Origin: Nostoc sp. DedSLP01
GTDB lineage: Bacteria; Cyanobacteriota; Cyanobacteriia; Cyanobacteriales; Nostocaceae
Direction of reading: 5' to 3'
DNA: 64,000 nt
Assembly: GCA_034530875.2 (NCBI GenBank)
Contig: JAVRCJ020000016.1
Span: 96,001-160,000 of the forward strand
Program-made: the position numbers and the translations under genes
The notes under the pieces: model-generated
What the model saw: the letters and a program-made list of their open reading frames with translations, nothing else
Databases searched by the model: none
Told to the model about the DNA's origin: nothing
Shown here: piece after piece, positions 40,973 through 51,679 of the stretch
How positions within the stretch are numbered: the stretch's first letter is position 1
How the letters are laid out: every line of letters begins with the position of its first letter

Positions 40973-41227
40973 TTAAGCTTCGACTGTAGTACTTGTGCTT
41001 GGGGACTGACTGCTGGAGGTACTAGCACTAGCACTAGCATTACTAGACTTGGCTTGGGGATTGAATGCTACTGCACTACTACTATGAGTTTCTCCATTTG
41101 CAGAGGTGGCTGTAGCAATACTTACGCTCCCAGAACCTTCGCCATTGACAAATGATTTAGCTACCACAACAGTGCTGCTAGATTGACGAAGAGATACTAG
41201 CTGTAATATTCGCCGAGATAAAGACAT
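40973..41227 (-). CDS. Ser/Ala-rich small protein, possibly 5'-degraded
   Basis: Low-complexity SSNASASASTSSS; co-oriented with the cluster; start uncertain. Confidence 0.45.
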   Translation of the reverse strand: MSLSRRILQLVSLRQSSSTVVVAKSFVNGEGSGSVSIATATSANGETHSSSAVAFNPQAKSSNASASASTSSSQSPSTSTTVEA

Positions 41228-41280
41228 AGCTTTGCAATTATCGCATCGACTGTGCTAACATGGGCTTGAAATTTATAAAG

Positions 41281-41316
41281 CTGCTGAAAGCTATATCTGG
41301 AAATAGCTTTCAGCAG
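41281..41316. terminator. 14-bp-stem hairpin
   Basis: CTGCTGAAAGCTAT-N8-ATAGCTTTCAGCAG. Confidence 0.45.
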
Positions 41317-41464
41317 ATTTAAGTAGTTCTAAGATAGGTTGAGTAGAGTACAAGATAACCTAACAAACAGTTGCGCTGGAGTGTTGGTTTCGTACTCGCT
41401 CAAGCCTATTTTTGTTTTGAGACTTAGTGCGAACTAATCCTTTTGGATAGATGGATTAGTTTGA

Positions 41465-41761
41465 TTATGAGCTAACGGAAGTAGCTTCAAGGAAGGATTC
41501 AGAGCTCTTAGGACTGGTTTTTGTACCGCCAACTACACTGGTGAAAGTGTTGTCACCGGTAGCATCTGCGCTACCTGTTAATGAAGCTGTGTTGTCTTTG
41601 ATATTAGGAATGACTTTATAGCTATTGTTTATGGTCTCCTTGATGTTAGCCACAATATTCTTTTTGACAGTGAATTTGCTGTTGATATTAACAGGGGTGC
41701 CAGTACCACCGAAGACTTCTTCTGAAGTATTTTCCAAGTAGTTGAGATCGGAAATAATCAT
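41465..41761 (-). CDS. Double-glycine-leader secreted small protein
   Basis: MIISDLNYLENTSEEVFGG leader; Ser/Thr/Asn-rich core; AGGAG RBS. Confidence 0.8.
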   Translation of the reverse strand: MIISDLNYLENTSEEVFGGTGTPVNINSKFTVKKNIVANIKETINNSYKVIPNIKDNTASLTGSADATGDNTFTSVVGGTKTSPKSSESFLEATSVSS

Positions 41762-42098
41762 TATTTTTCTCCTGAAAGGTTGTTGGTTTTCTGGGGTGTT
41801 TTTATTAACTAACTTGTGTTTGTTAGTTACATGATTACTATATAGATACCAATTTAAAAAGTCAATACTTTATTCGATAGTTTTTACAAATTTTTCAGTC
41901 AAAAATTCAAGTCAAAATTGATTATTTTAATTCTATAAATGCAGCAAAAAATAAAGCAAAAAAACAAATTTTCCTGCCCATGAAGGCTTACAGCAATTTA
42001 AATTAATTTTTAATTACCTAAATTTAGCTTTTTCTTTAATAACTTAAAAATCAGCTAATATTGAAATTATTTTAATTAACTAATACCAACATACAAAA

Positions 42099-42206
42099 TT
42101 ATCGAAACAATCGGGTCTAAAACCTTGCATTTTAAGGCGAAAAGTTTTGAGAACGGGGTATAAATCCTCGTAACAAAAACGGCCTCCTGCCTCCTGCCTT
42201 CGTTAA
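42099..42206 (-). mobile_element. Dispersed repeat family A, copy 3 (inverted)
   Basis: TTATCGAAACAATCGGGTCTAAAACC...CCTCCTGCCTTCGTTAA. Confidence 0.8.
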
Positions 42207-42281
42207 TCTGCAATCGGATAATTTACTATCCATAAAATTATTTGAAATTTCAGGAGGTTTTGATGTTGGTGAATAACAGGC

Positions 42282-43061
42282 TTAAGCGTGTACTAATACC
42301 TCCTGCGATCGCAAATTGGCATCCGAGTCTATCTCAATAAAAATTTCGATAGCGTTAACTTGTTGCTTTAACCAATCAGAAAATAATTCTGTAATGATTT
42401 TTTGGCGCAACTGTTCATCTAATTGGGGTTGAATGACTTCTTCCACCCAAATTAAATGCACTCCTTTGGGAGTTGTAATCGGTTTGAGAGCTTCTGGTGG
42501 TGCAGCAGCAAATACAGCGGCTGCAATCTCTGGACGAAAATCTTTGCGGTATCGGAGTCCTTGATATCCATAAGTCCGGCGGAGTTCTGGTTCTGGGATA
42601 TATAAACGAGCAATTTCAGGAAAATTCACTTCACCTTCTTCTAGAGCATAAAAAAGCTCTAAAGCCAAGTCTCGATCCTCCAAGACAACTTCGTAGGTAA
42701 CAGCAGCAACGTAATCTAGTTGGCGTTCGTAAAAATACTTTTCGAGTTGAGCAGAAAATAAATGATTACCTAACTTGCGCGCAAGGATTTTGTTGTAGGC
42801 TAATTCTTCAAACTCATTCACAGAAAGATGGTGTTTTTCTAGCCACATCCAAGTGTCTTTAGCTCTAACAAGTTTTTTGGCGAACCTTAGGTCATCTCCT
42901 TCTTGCTGGAGTTCTTCTGGCGTGACTGTAATTCCTGCCTCTCGAGCTGCTTCGGCAATAATGCTTTGCGATGCTATTGCTTCGGCGACATCAGGTATTT
43001 GGCAAGAAAGTTTAAGACTGTGAATGATGTCTGAAGTGGAAATGTTCAGCTGGTGAGGCAT
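42282..43061 (-). CDS. PpiC-type peptidyl-prolyl isomerase associated with the peptide exporter
   Basis: ALELFYALEEGEVNFPEIAR, FRPEIAAAVFAA, PITTPKGVHLI; lies after hlyD. Confidence 0.85.
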   Translation of the reverse strand: MPHQLNISTSDIIHSLKLSCQIPDVAEAIASQSIIAEAAREAGITVTPEELQQEGDDLRFAKKLVRAKDTWMWLEKHHLSVNEFEELAYNKILARKLGNHLFSAQLEKYFYERQLDYVAAVTYEVVLEDRDLALELFYALEEGEVNFPEIARLYIPEPELRRTYGYQGLRYRKDFRPEIAAAVFAAAPPEALKPITTPKGVHLIWVEEVIQPQLDEQLRQKIITELFSDWLKQQVNAIEIFIEIDSDANLRSQEVLVHA

Positions 43062-43125
43062 AACATCATATCTCCAATAATTATCTGGGTTGTCTGATTT
43101 CGTAATTTCAGTGTTTGCGCTCTAA

Positions 43126-44679
43126 CTAAATCTCTAAACCCCCTTTTTGCAGCTTCTTGAACGGATCTAGAACAAAGTCAATCACCCGACGTTGACGAAT
43201 TATGACTTCAGCATTCGCTGTCTGACCGGCAGTTAATGGAATACGTTTGTTACCGTTTTCGAGATATTGCTGGTCTAAAGTGATTTCTAATTCATAGTTT
43301 TCAATATTTCCTTGGGGTGTTTGGCTAATTTTGGAGTCCGGAGAAATCCAAGTAACTTTCCCTTGGCCGATGCCATATTCTTGGAAGGGATAGGCATCAA
43401 ACTTGACTTTAACTGGCATTCCTAATTTCAAGAAGCCACTATCTTGATTGGGCATATTAGCTTTGAGGATGAAATCTGCATTCTTGGGTGCGATTTGGGC
43501 AATTCTTTGACCGACTTGTACCACTGCTCCTGGCTTAGTGGTAGGCAATTCAAAAATCACCCCATTGATGGGCGATCGCACTACTCGCTGCTGAATTTGC
43601 AGTCTGATAGATATAATCTGGCTTTTAGTTTGAGCAACTTCTGACTGCACCGCTGTTATTTGTGCCTGTAAGTCCTTTAGCTGTTCTATATTTTTCATCA
43701 AAGCCAGTTTCCCGGCTTGCATCAAACTTTGATAGCTACTTTGCTCTTCTTGCAGTCGCAGTTTTGCTTGTTGGATATCAGACTCCAACATCTTAATAGT
43801 TACTTGATAACGATTTAACTCTTCTGCCAAGCGCAACTCGGCTTGTTTAATATCTGATACAGCCCTGTTATAGAGTCGTTTGCTTTCTTGTTCTTCTTTT
43901 TTGAGTTCATCGATTTGGGTTGCAGAAACCGCACCATCCTCAACGAGTTTGCTAAAGCGTTCGACTTGCCTAGTATCTAAACCCAGACGGGTTTGAGCAG
44001 ATTCGCGATCGTTGCGAGTAATGTCAATCTGCTGCTGTGCTTGCTTGACTAATGCCTGTTTTTCTAACTTTTGCAGGTTATAGCTACTGAGTTTGGCATC
44101 TAGATTTTGCTGCGCCTGGTTAACTTGAGCGATTTTTTCCAATTCTTGGGATTTATTTTGCTGCTCTAAAAGATTATTTGAGGCTAAAAGTTGATTTTTG
44201 AGCAGTTCTAGTTGGGATTGCCGATTTTGTAGCCCTTGCAATTTGGTTTGGACTTGTTGGAGTTCAGTTTGTAGCAGGTCTGAGTCTAGTTGCAGTAGAA
44301 CTTGTCCTGGTCTGACTGTATCTCCTTCTTTGACCATAACTGCTTTGACAGTCCCACTAGCTTGAGAGTCTAATTTTTGAGTTGCGCCTTTAGGTTCTAT
44401 ACGTCCTCTGGCGCTACCAGTTTCATCTACTCGCGAGAGACTTGCCCAAGGCAAAAATAGACCAGCAAAGGCTATGAGTACATACAACAAACTCCGAGTC
44501 CAAATTTGAGGTAGCGCATTCAGCAGTCCTTCAGTGCCGTAGTGCAAATCTTGACTGTCATTTTCTGCCTCTGTCTGCTCGTTAACTTCTACATGTTCCT
44601 CATCTTCTTCCTGTATGTAACTTTCATGCCGGTCTGGCTCATCTTGGGAAACTGGGGACGATCTATTAGGATATGGCAT
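43126..44679 (-). CDS. HlyD family secretion membrane-fusion protein
   Basis: TM helix, VKEGDTVRPGQVL, coiled coil, VRSPING, KFDAYPFQEYG. Confidence 0.92.
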   Translation of the reverse strand: MPYPNRSSPVSQDEPDRHESYIQEEDEEHVEVNEQTEAENDSQDLHYGTEGLLNALPQIWTRSLLYVLIAFAGLFLPWASLSRVDETGSARGRIEPKGATQKLDSQASGTVKAVMVKEGDTVRPGQVLLQLDSDLLQTELQQVQTKLQGLQNRQSQLELLKNQLLASNNLLEQQNKSQELEKIAQVNQAQQNLDAKLSSYNLQKLEKQALVKQAQQQIDITRNDRESAQTRLGLDTRQVERFSKLVEDGAVSATQIDELKKEEQESKRLYNRAVSDIKQAELRLAEELNRYQVTIKMLESDIQQAKLRLQEEQSSYQSLMQAGKLALMKNIEQLKDLQAQITAVQSEVAQTKSQIISIRLQIQQRVVRSPINGVIFELPTTKPGAVVQVGQRIAQIAPKNADFILKANMPNQDSGFLKLGMPVKVKFDAYPFQEYGIGQGKVTWISPDSKISQTPQGNIENYELEITLDQQYLENGNKRIPLTAGQTANAEVIIRQRRVIDFVLDPFKKLQKGGLEI

Positions 44680-44738
44680 AATTTTTTCTTTTATATCTAT
44701 AGATAGATGTGGAGATGAGAAATTCCCCATATCGAATC

Positions 44739-47700
44739 TCAACTAACTTGGGCTAGTTGTTGTTGATTGAGATAGTAATAATGACCTTTTTTAGCGATTA
44801 ATTCGTCGTGAGTACCGCTTTCTACTAAAACGCCTCGATCTAAAACTAGAATCAAGTCAGCGTTACGGACTGTAGACAGGCGATGAGCAATAATTACGCT
44901 TGTGCGTCCTTGAAGAATTGTTTTGAGATTGTTTTGAATAATTCGTTCTGATTCAGAATCTAGGTGGCTGGTGGCTTCATCAAATAGTAATAAGCGAGGA
45001 TTACCGAGCAAAGCACGAGCGATCGCTAGGCGTTGGCGCTGTCCGCCAGAGAGCATACCGCCGCCTTCACCAATTTGGGATTCGTAACCCATCGGTAGTT
45101 TTTGAATAAAATCATCGGCCCCAGCGTATTTTGCGGCTTGGATAATTTCTTCTATAGAAGCATTGGGATGAGCGATCGCAATGTTTTCCTGAATAGTCCC
45201 ACCAAACAAAAAAGTATCTTGATCTACAACGCCGATTTGCGAACGGAGCGATCGCATAGATATAGTAGTGATGTCGCGGCCATCAATGAGTACTTTGCCA
45301 TCTGTCGCTGGGTATAAACCCAAAATTAATTTACTCAGGGTTGTTTTTCCAGAACCACTGCGGCCGACTACTGCAACCATCTGTTCTGGCTGAATTTCAA
45401 AGTTGAGATTTTCTAATACGTTAGTCTCAGTTTCTGGATGATAGCGAAAGGTAACATTTTGAAAACAAATGTGACCTCGCAGTTTACCCAAGGACTTGCG
45501 AGGTTTAGTTTGTAAGTCTTCTTCTGGTTCGGCCTCCAAGACATCATTAATACGTTCGGTGGAAATCACAATTTCCTGCAATTGATTCCACAGCATAGAC
45601 AGCCGTTGAAAAGGACTCAAGACATTACCTACCAACATATTGAAAGCGATTAATTGTCCGATAGTTAGATCGCCATTAATCACCTGAGTAGCTCCATACC
45701 ACAGCAATCCAGTATTCACAAAGGTTTGAATGACGCCACTGATAATTTGCAAATGATTGCCAATTATTTGAGCATTAAAGGCTTTTTTGACTAAATTATT
45801 CAGCAATTCCTCCCAACGCCAGCGCACCGACTGTTCGATTGCTAACGAACGGACGGTACGAATTCCGGTGAGGGATTCTATGAGATAGCTTTGTTCTTCG
45901 GCACCAGCATTAAAAATTTCTCTGGAGATGCGGCGCAAAATACTTGTACTAGCCAGCGCCAAGATAAAAAATGGCGGTACAGTACACAGCACGAATAATG
46001 ACATCCGCCAGCTATAGGAAAACATTAAGCCCAAGTAAACCACCAATGTCAACAAATCCAACAAGATAGAGAGTGTCTCACCGGTCAGGAATTGCTGAAT
46101 TTTTTGGTTTTCTTGGATGCGCGAGACTATATCCCCGACGAAACGCGACTCGAAATAGGAAAGTGGCAAACGAAAGGTATGTTTGATAAAGCCTACTAGT
46201 AGGGAAATGCTAACTCGGTTAGCAGTATGAAATAAGAGATATTGCCTGACACCGTTGACAGCGACACCGAACAACCCAAAAACAATCATTCCCAAACCGA
46301 TGGCGTTTAAGGTCGTAACGCTGCGCTGCACAAGTACTCTGTCGAGCAACAGTTGGGTGAATATCGGCGTTACCAGTCCAAATAATTGGATGACTACGGA
46401 AGCAATAAAAATTTCTATCAGTGTCCGATAGTGAGGTTTGATTAACTCAAAAAATTTCCAAAAGCCTATACTTTCGTCTTTAATATTTTTTAGTAAAGGT
46501 GTAGGTTGGAGCAATAATGCGTAACCACTCCAACCTGCTTGAAATTGAGCTTTTGTCAGGCTGCGTTGGCCGAGGTCGGGATCGCATACAATCACCCGCT
46601 TTTTTGCGATTTCATAGACAACTATGAAGTGTTTGCCTTCCCAGTGAGCAATTGCAGGTAAAGGTTGTTGTGCTAATTTCTCCAGTGTCGCTTTTACCGG
46701 ACGGGTGGAAAAACCCAGGCTTTCTGCTGTTGCTGCCATAGCTTTGAGCGATGCACCATTGCGGTTGACGTTAGTCATATCCCGCAGGCGATTAATATTA
46801 AAATGTTTGCCCCAATAATTACCAATCATTACCAAACAAGCACAGCCACAATCGGCTGCGCTTTGTTGAGCATAGAAGGGATAGGTTTTAGTGAGGCGTT
46901 TCCACCAATGCCCCATTTGCACTTTGGGACTGGGAAAGTAAAAACGCGATTGTTTTGGCTGTTGTTGTGATTGCTGTTCTCGTTGGGGAAAAGGAATGAT
47001 TTTAGCTTTTGCAGACTGGGAAGTTTTTTCCTTAGTCCCCACTTCCCAGTTTCCACTCTCGAGTCCCCACTCTCTCAATTCTGGGAAGTATTCTAGTGCT
47101 GTTTGGCTGCGATCGCTTTTTAGAATATAAACAATCGTTGGCTGGGTTACTTGCCAATCTCCTGGTTGTGGTTGGGTCAATATTGTGCCTGGGGTTAAAA
47201 TATATCCTTGAGAATGCCGCAGTTGCCCTCTGTACAATAACCACAATTGCGAATCTGGGAATATTTGGGGACTTATAGAGCCGATTTCTAATTGATGTCG
47301 CTCAAACACAGATAAGGCTTTGAGCATCCCTGGAACTTGCGATGTATGGTTCGGTAGTTGTGAAGTTTGGCGAGATAACAACAACAAATCCCAAAGTTCT
47401 GCACGGGCAAAAAGGCGATCGCGAATGTTAGGATGCTTGTCTATCAAGGTTTGCAATGCTTCTTGCCTGAAATAACCAAGTTTTAAGTTTGTGGAAGCTC
47501 TAACTATATAAGGAGTAAAGTTCGCTTCAGGAAACAGAGTCAATTCACCGAAAAAAGACCATGCACCAAAGCTAGCGATTAAATTCTCAAAGCTATCTAA
47601 GAGTCTGACTTTACCTGTAAGGATAATGTAGATACCAGGATTTGCCTGTGCTGATTGCCAGAACTGCTTTGCCACTGGCGGCTCCACCATCTCCATTTCT

Positions 47701-47795
47701 TCAAGGAAGCTTTGTAATTCTGGTTCTGAAAGCATTGCACCTAAGGTAGATGAGAGCCTTTCACCCAGATGTTGCTCAAAAAGCACTGGCGGCAT
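44739..47795 (-). CDS. C39-peptidase-containing ABC transporter with a cNMP-binding-like N-terminus
   Basis: QQSAADCG (catalytic Cys), HWEGKHF, TM domain, GRSGSGKT, LSGGQRQR, DEATSHLD. Confidence 0.95.
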   Translation of the reverse strand: MPPVLFEQHLGERLSSTLGAMLSEPELQSFLEEMEMVEPPVAKQFWQSAQANPGIYIILTGKVRLLDSFENLIASFGAWSFFGELTLFPEANFTPYIVRASTNLKLGYFRQEALQTLIDKHPNIRDRLFARAELWDLLLLSRQTSQLPNHTSQVPGMLKALSVFERHQLEIGSISPQIFPDSQLWLLYRGQLRHSQGYILTPGTILTQPQPGDWQVTQPTIVYILKSDRSQTALEYFPELREWGLESGNWEVGTKEKTSQSAKAKIIPFPQREQQSQQQPKQSRFYFPSPKVQMGHWWKRLTKTYPFYAQQSAADCGCACLVMIGNYWGKHFNINRLRDMTNVNRNGASLKAMAATAESLGFSTRPVKATLEKLAQQPLPAIAHWEGKHFIVVYEIAKKRVIVCDPDLGQRSLTKAQFQAGWSGYALLLQPTPLLKNIKDESIGFWKFFELIKPHYRTLIEIFIASVVIQLFGLVTPIFTQLLLDRVLVQRSVTTLNAIGLGMIVFGLFGVAVNGVRQYLLFHTANRVSISLLVGFIKHTFRLPLSYFESRFVGDIVSRIQENQKIQQFLTGETLSILLDLLTLVVYLGLMFSYSWRMSLFVLCTVPPFFILALASTSILRRISREIFNAGAEEQSYLIESLTGIRTVRSLAIEQSVRWRWEELLNNLVKKAFNAQIIGNHLQIISGVIQTFVNTGLLWYGATQVINGDLTIGQLIAFNMLVGNVLSPFQRLSMLWNQLQEIVISTERINDVLEAEPEEDLQTKPRKSLGKLRGHICFQNVTFRYHPETETNVLENLNFEIQPEQMVAVVGRSGSGKTTLSKLILGLYPATDGKVLIDGRDITTISMRSLRSQIGVVDQDTFLFGGTIQENIAIAHPNASIEEIIQAAKYAGADDFIQKLPMGYESQIGEGGGMLSGGQRQRLAIARALLGNPRLLLFDEATSHLDSESERIIQNNLKTILQGRTSVIIAHRLSTVRNADLILVLDRGVLVESGTHDELIAKKGHYYYLNQQQLAQVS

Positions 47796-49317
47796 TTTCT
47801 AATCTCCACAATAGAATTTAGTTATTTATCCTGAATGAAATTCAAAAATTAATTAAAACTTTTTGGGAATACCGTATTTTCACAGTGGAAACCCTAAGCC
47901 TCCTTGGAGTAAAGTTTTAAGAATACAAAATGTCAATAAGTAACACTTAGACACAAAGTATTTTTGTTGGGCAGATATTTGTAGTGGTTGTAGTCAATCG
48001 TTAATCTCAATACCAAAATGTCGAACTAGAAATTTGTTTAGTTAGATAACATTTAGGCTCGGGATAAAAAATGGAATCGAGATTCTCGAAGCAAATATAG
48101 CTTGCTTATTTTGACAATCAGCAGCTTTCCTAAAGGATGTTTGAGAAAAATTCTTTTCACATCCAGATGTAGTAGATGCAGCGATGAATATGCAATCGCT
48201 TCGAGTTCCCAATTATTAACTGGTGAAATTTTTCCAGATATCGATTGTTAAGAAAATATCTTGGCTGAAAATTAGCTTTCAGTCTCTATAACAAAACCTA
48301 AGCTTGAAAAAGGCTTAAAAGACTGATTTCAGATGTTCCTAGCTTTTTAACAGCGTTGTCTTGAGTAAAGTTGTGTGGCATAATTATATACAGTTGCACT
48401 GAGTTGTAAATTTTTGGTAAACGAATCCATTGCAGTTGTGCGATCGAAGCCTGACAGCAAAAAACACAACTGCATATCAGATCGACCCTGCAAGGTTAAT
48501 CTGATATTTACACGATGTGCAGCGCCCGGTGTAATTCCCCTATAATTTTTCGATCTTTATAGGGGTTAGCATCGGGATAGCCTCAGTCTCAAGGATGCAA
48601 CCTAGATACCTAAAAAGGTAGCTATTTGTAAGGCTACAGTAAGTAGAAGAGAGCTATAACAATACAAGGCACATCATAACTTTTTGTTTTTTGAGATTCT
48701 ACTGCTCGAGCAAAACCTCACTCAGAAAACATTGATTAAGCTTGCTTGGAAGATTCTAGGGTGAATTTGCAGCAGTCTCTAGTTTTTTTAAGGGAACATC
48801 TAGCGAAGCCATTTGACGTCTGTATTATACCTCCCATAGTTTGATAAATGCAAGCGACTAAAAGAAATTTGTTAACATGCTATTAACATACTTACCATCA
48901 TTACACTGTCAAAGTTTAGATTTGAAGAGTTTATGAGTTTCTTAATCTAATTTTGTTGAAAAACCATGTAATACATACAAACTTTTCATAAAAAAATCAA
49001 AACTATTTAGTACTTCTCTGTAAAGGATTGTGAAGTCAAAGAAAAGTTGGCTTTAGTACTCCATCAATAATTTTATTGCACAATAGACCGCGCCAGTAAA
49101 AGCCGTGTCCATCGACTTTCATTTAAAGTTTTGCAAATTTACTGTGTTAAGTGTTTTATACAGACAGGAATTATAAAAATGTAAATTAAAAAACAAAAAA
49201 AAATTTTGTCCGAATGCTTATATCTGCAACTGCTTTGACACAGACCGATCTGGAGTCAGCAATTGTTCGTAACATTTGATTGTTTCACAATATACATCGT
49301 TAACGGCGATTACTTAC

Positions 49318-49408
49318 TAAGTAGAAGGCAGGAGGCAGAAGGCAAAAACCAGTTGACCAGAGGATTTTAAAAATTAACATTTTACATTTAATTATGTCTA
49401 CCTACTTA
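49318..49408. mobile_element. MITE-like element, TAAGTAG family
   Basis: TAAGTAGAAGGCAGG ... ATGTCTACCTACTTA. Confidence 0.7.
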
Positions 49409-49600
49409 TCATCGCTCAGAAACTACAATGTACAATTCGTAGCAAAGATTTAGCATCTCGCTTTGGTGGTGATGAGATTATAATTTTGCTGGAAGATATT
49501 GCAGGCATTAAAGAAGCAATTTCAGTTGCTCAACGAATCTTAGTAAAATTACAATCTCCATTCATACTGAACGACTCGGAAGTTTTTTTAACCACTAGCA
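49408..49600 (+). pseudogene. Internal GGDEF-domain fragment
   Basis: IIAQKLQCTIRSKDLASRFGGDEIIILLEDIAGIKEAISVAQRILVKLQSPFILNDSEVFLTTS; no start codon. Confidence 0.85.
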
Positions 49601-51463
49601 GCGTTCCCTATTTTCTACTGTAAAAGGATTATCGATAGCCACATAAATCGAGTGAGTGGGAAGAGAACTGTGCATTTCATCAATGTCGTGAAAGCGGGAG
49701 ATGAGATTGGCTTTGCAACGCCACTGCGGTTGGCGAAGTTGATGCAGGAGTTTTGAGCTATCTGGCTCTATATGTGCGTATGTATCTAAAGTAGTTCTGA
49801 CTTCTGCTAAAAGTACTCGTTCATCCACCAAACCAGCGACACCGAAGGCATTAATCAGCCCCAACAAATGATTGTTGAAAAAGTAATAACCCAGGCGTTC
49901 GTCAGCAGCAACGGCATTTTTAGACACCGTATGGCTTCTGTTAGTAAAGCCAGGGAGGATGCCATCTAAATGTTCCCGAAAAGCCGGGTGACAGTAATAA
50001 TCTTGATTATCGCGGAAAAAGAAGCGGTAAGGATAACCATCTTGGAGTTGCAAAACACTATTTTGTTGATGCGCTTCTAGCCCTATGCCATAAGTAAAGT
50101 AAAGCCAAAGAATCGGCTCTAGGGAAATTTTCAGGTAACGGCAAAACCAATCCCGGCTAACTTCACTTGTGGGGCGTTGTTCGCGTTCTGCTAGTAATTT
50201 GATAATATTTGTCAAGCGCGAACCATCATAAAACATTGCATCTTGACATAGAGATATTAAACAAGTGGCATCAGGAGCAGGATTGTTTGGGAAAACATTT
50301 TCTCGTAATAGAGAAGCGAAAGCACTACTGGGTTCGCCGTCTATTTTCAAGGTGATGTAGGCAGGCTCTCGAATAATATTAAATTGTGGGAAGCGATCGC
50401 GCAATTCCTGACCGACTTGAGTATTCAATAATTGATAGAGTTCTACCGCCCGTTTTAACTCTTTATAAGTAATAGCCCGTATCGAGTTAGTAATCTTGAC
50501 GTTCAAAGAGAGTTTGAGCATGAACGCTGCATCAGGATGATAAACTGTACGAATTGAAGAAGTAGGCATAAAAGCTCGCCCTTGTAACCCCAAATCTTCC
50601 AGCAATCCTTGATTCAATAACTGCTGCACTGCTGGTTGACGCCGCACAAAATTTGCCTGCCAAGGATGCATCGGTAACAAAGCATATTCATCTGTGCGGC
50701 AATAATTAATCTTGAAGTTTTCATCCACTTGAGTATCCGCCAACAGTTCTGCTTTAATCAGTTCTGTAGCTGTTTGTGGCAATGCTGAATTTGACTCCAC
50801 TATCGACTGATGGGCGCGAAAGTAGTGCAGAGGAAAACAACCTTTCAATTCTGGAGAATAAATAGCTAATTCATTCTCAGCAAATTCTGGACGGCTTTTT
50901 GGTGTTGGGTGTAAAGGATGCCCAAAAACTAGGGCTTGTTCGGTTTCAATAAAATTACTTTTAAAAGCATAAAGAATATCTGTATCCTGTCGCCGCTGCC
51001 GCACAAACTGTTCGATATTGCCACAGCTTTCTACTACTCGCCGCAGCAATTCCTCCTGGTGTCCATTATTACCATCAACCAGGGCTAACTCTTTTATCAG
51101 TAGAGTAACTAAAGTGATGCAATCAACTTCTAAAATAGCAGTTTTATCCGCTGGTTGATAATAAATTGGAAAGTAAAATAAATGCCGTCCAGTTAGCGAA
51201 TAATAGCGTAAACCAGCCAATATTTGTATATTTTGGTGCTCTAAGTAACAACGTATTAATACTTCAGTTTTAGTACGATTAAATACTTCATTTATACCAT
51301 CGCCGATCGCTTCAGTATTGGCTTTGATAATTTTGCCCGTACCAGTTTCTCGCAGGTAACAATTGAAAAAGCTTTGGATTGTTGCTTGTTCGGCAATTTC
51401 TTTGTCAGTGCGATTTATAGTCAGTTGTGACGTTGCAGTGGTAATAATGGTTTGCTGTATCAT
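49595..51463 (-). CDS. IucA/IucC-family NRPS-independent siderophore (NIS) synthetase
   Basis: EQALVFGHPLHPTPKSR, PMHPWQ, TSSIRT, KLSLNVKITNS, EAHQQN, FRD. Confidence 0.92.
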   Translation of the reverse strand: MIQQTIITTATSQLTINRTDKEIAEQATIQSFFNCYLRETGTGKIIKANTEAIGDGINEVFNRTKTEVLIRCYLEHQNIQILAGLRYYSLTGRHLFYFPIYYQPADKTAILEVDCITLVTLLIKELALVDGNNGHQEELLRRVVESCGNIEQFVRQRRQDTDILYAFKSNFIETEQALVFGHPLHPTPKSRPEFAENELAIYSPELKGCFPLHYFRAHQSIVESNSALPQTATELIKAELLADTQVDENFKINYCRTDEYALLPMHPWQANFVRRQPAVQQLLNQGLLEDLGLQGRAFMPTSSIRTVYHPDAAFMLKLSLNVKITNSIRAITYKELKRAVELYQLLNTQVGQELRDRFPQFNIIREPAYITLKIDGEPSSAFASLLRENVFPNNPAPDATCLISLCQDAMFYDGSRLTNIIKLLAEREQRPTSEVSRDWFCRYLKISLEPILWLYFTYGIGLEAHQQNSVLQLQDGYPYRFFFRDNQDYYCHPAFREHLDGILPGFTNRSHTVSKNAVAADERLGYYFFNNHLLGLINAFGVAGLVDERVLLAEVRTTLDTYAHIEPDSSKLLHQLRQPQWRCKANLISRFHDIDEMHSSLPTHSIYVAIDNPFTVENRERC

Positions 51464-51679
51464 TGGGTTTTTAGGTCTAAAGATTGAGTATTTCTCAGTA
51501 AATGACTAATACCAATTGAAAAATATTCGCGACAAATATATTCTGATACAGAATTATCGCTTTGCAAACCAAGATTTGAAGGGGTAAAGGGAAAGGGAAA
51601 GGGAAAAGGGAAAAGGGGAATGGGCATTGCTGATTCTCCCCCTGCCCCCTAGTTCCCATTCCCCAATCGCCAGTCACCT

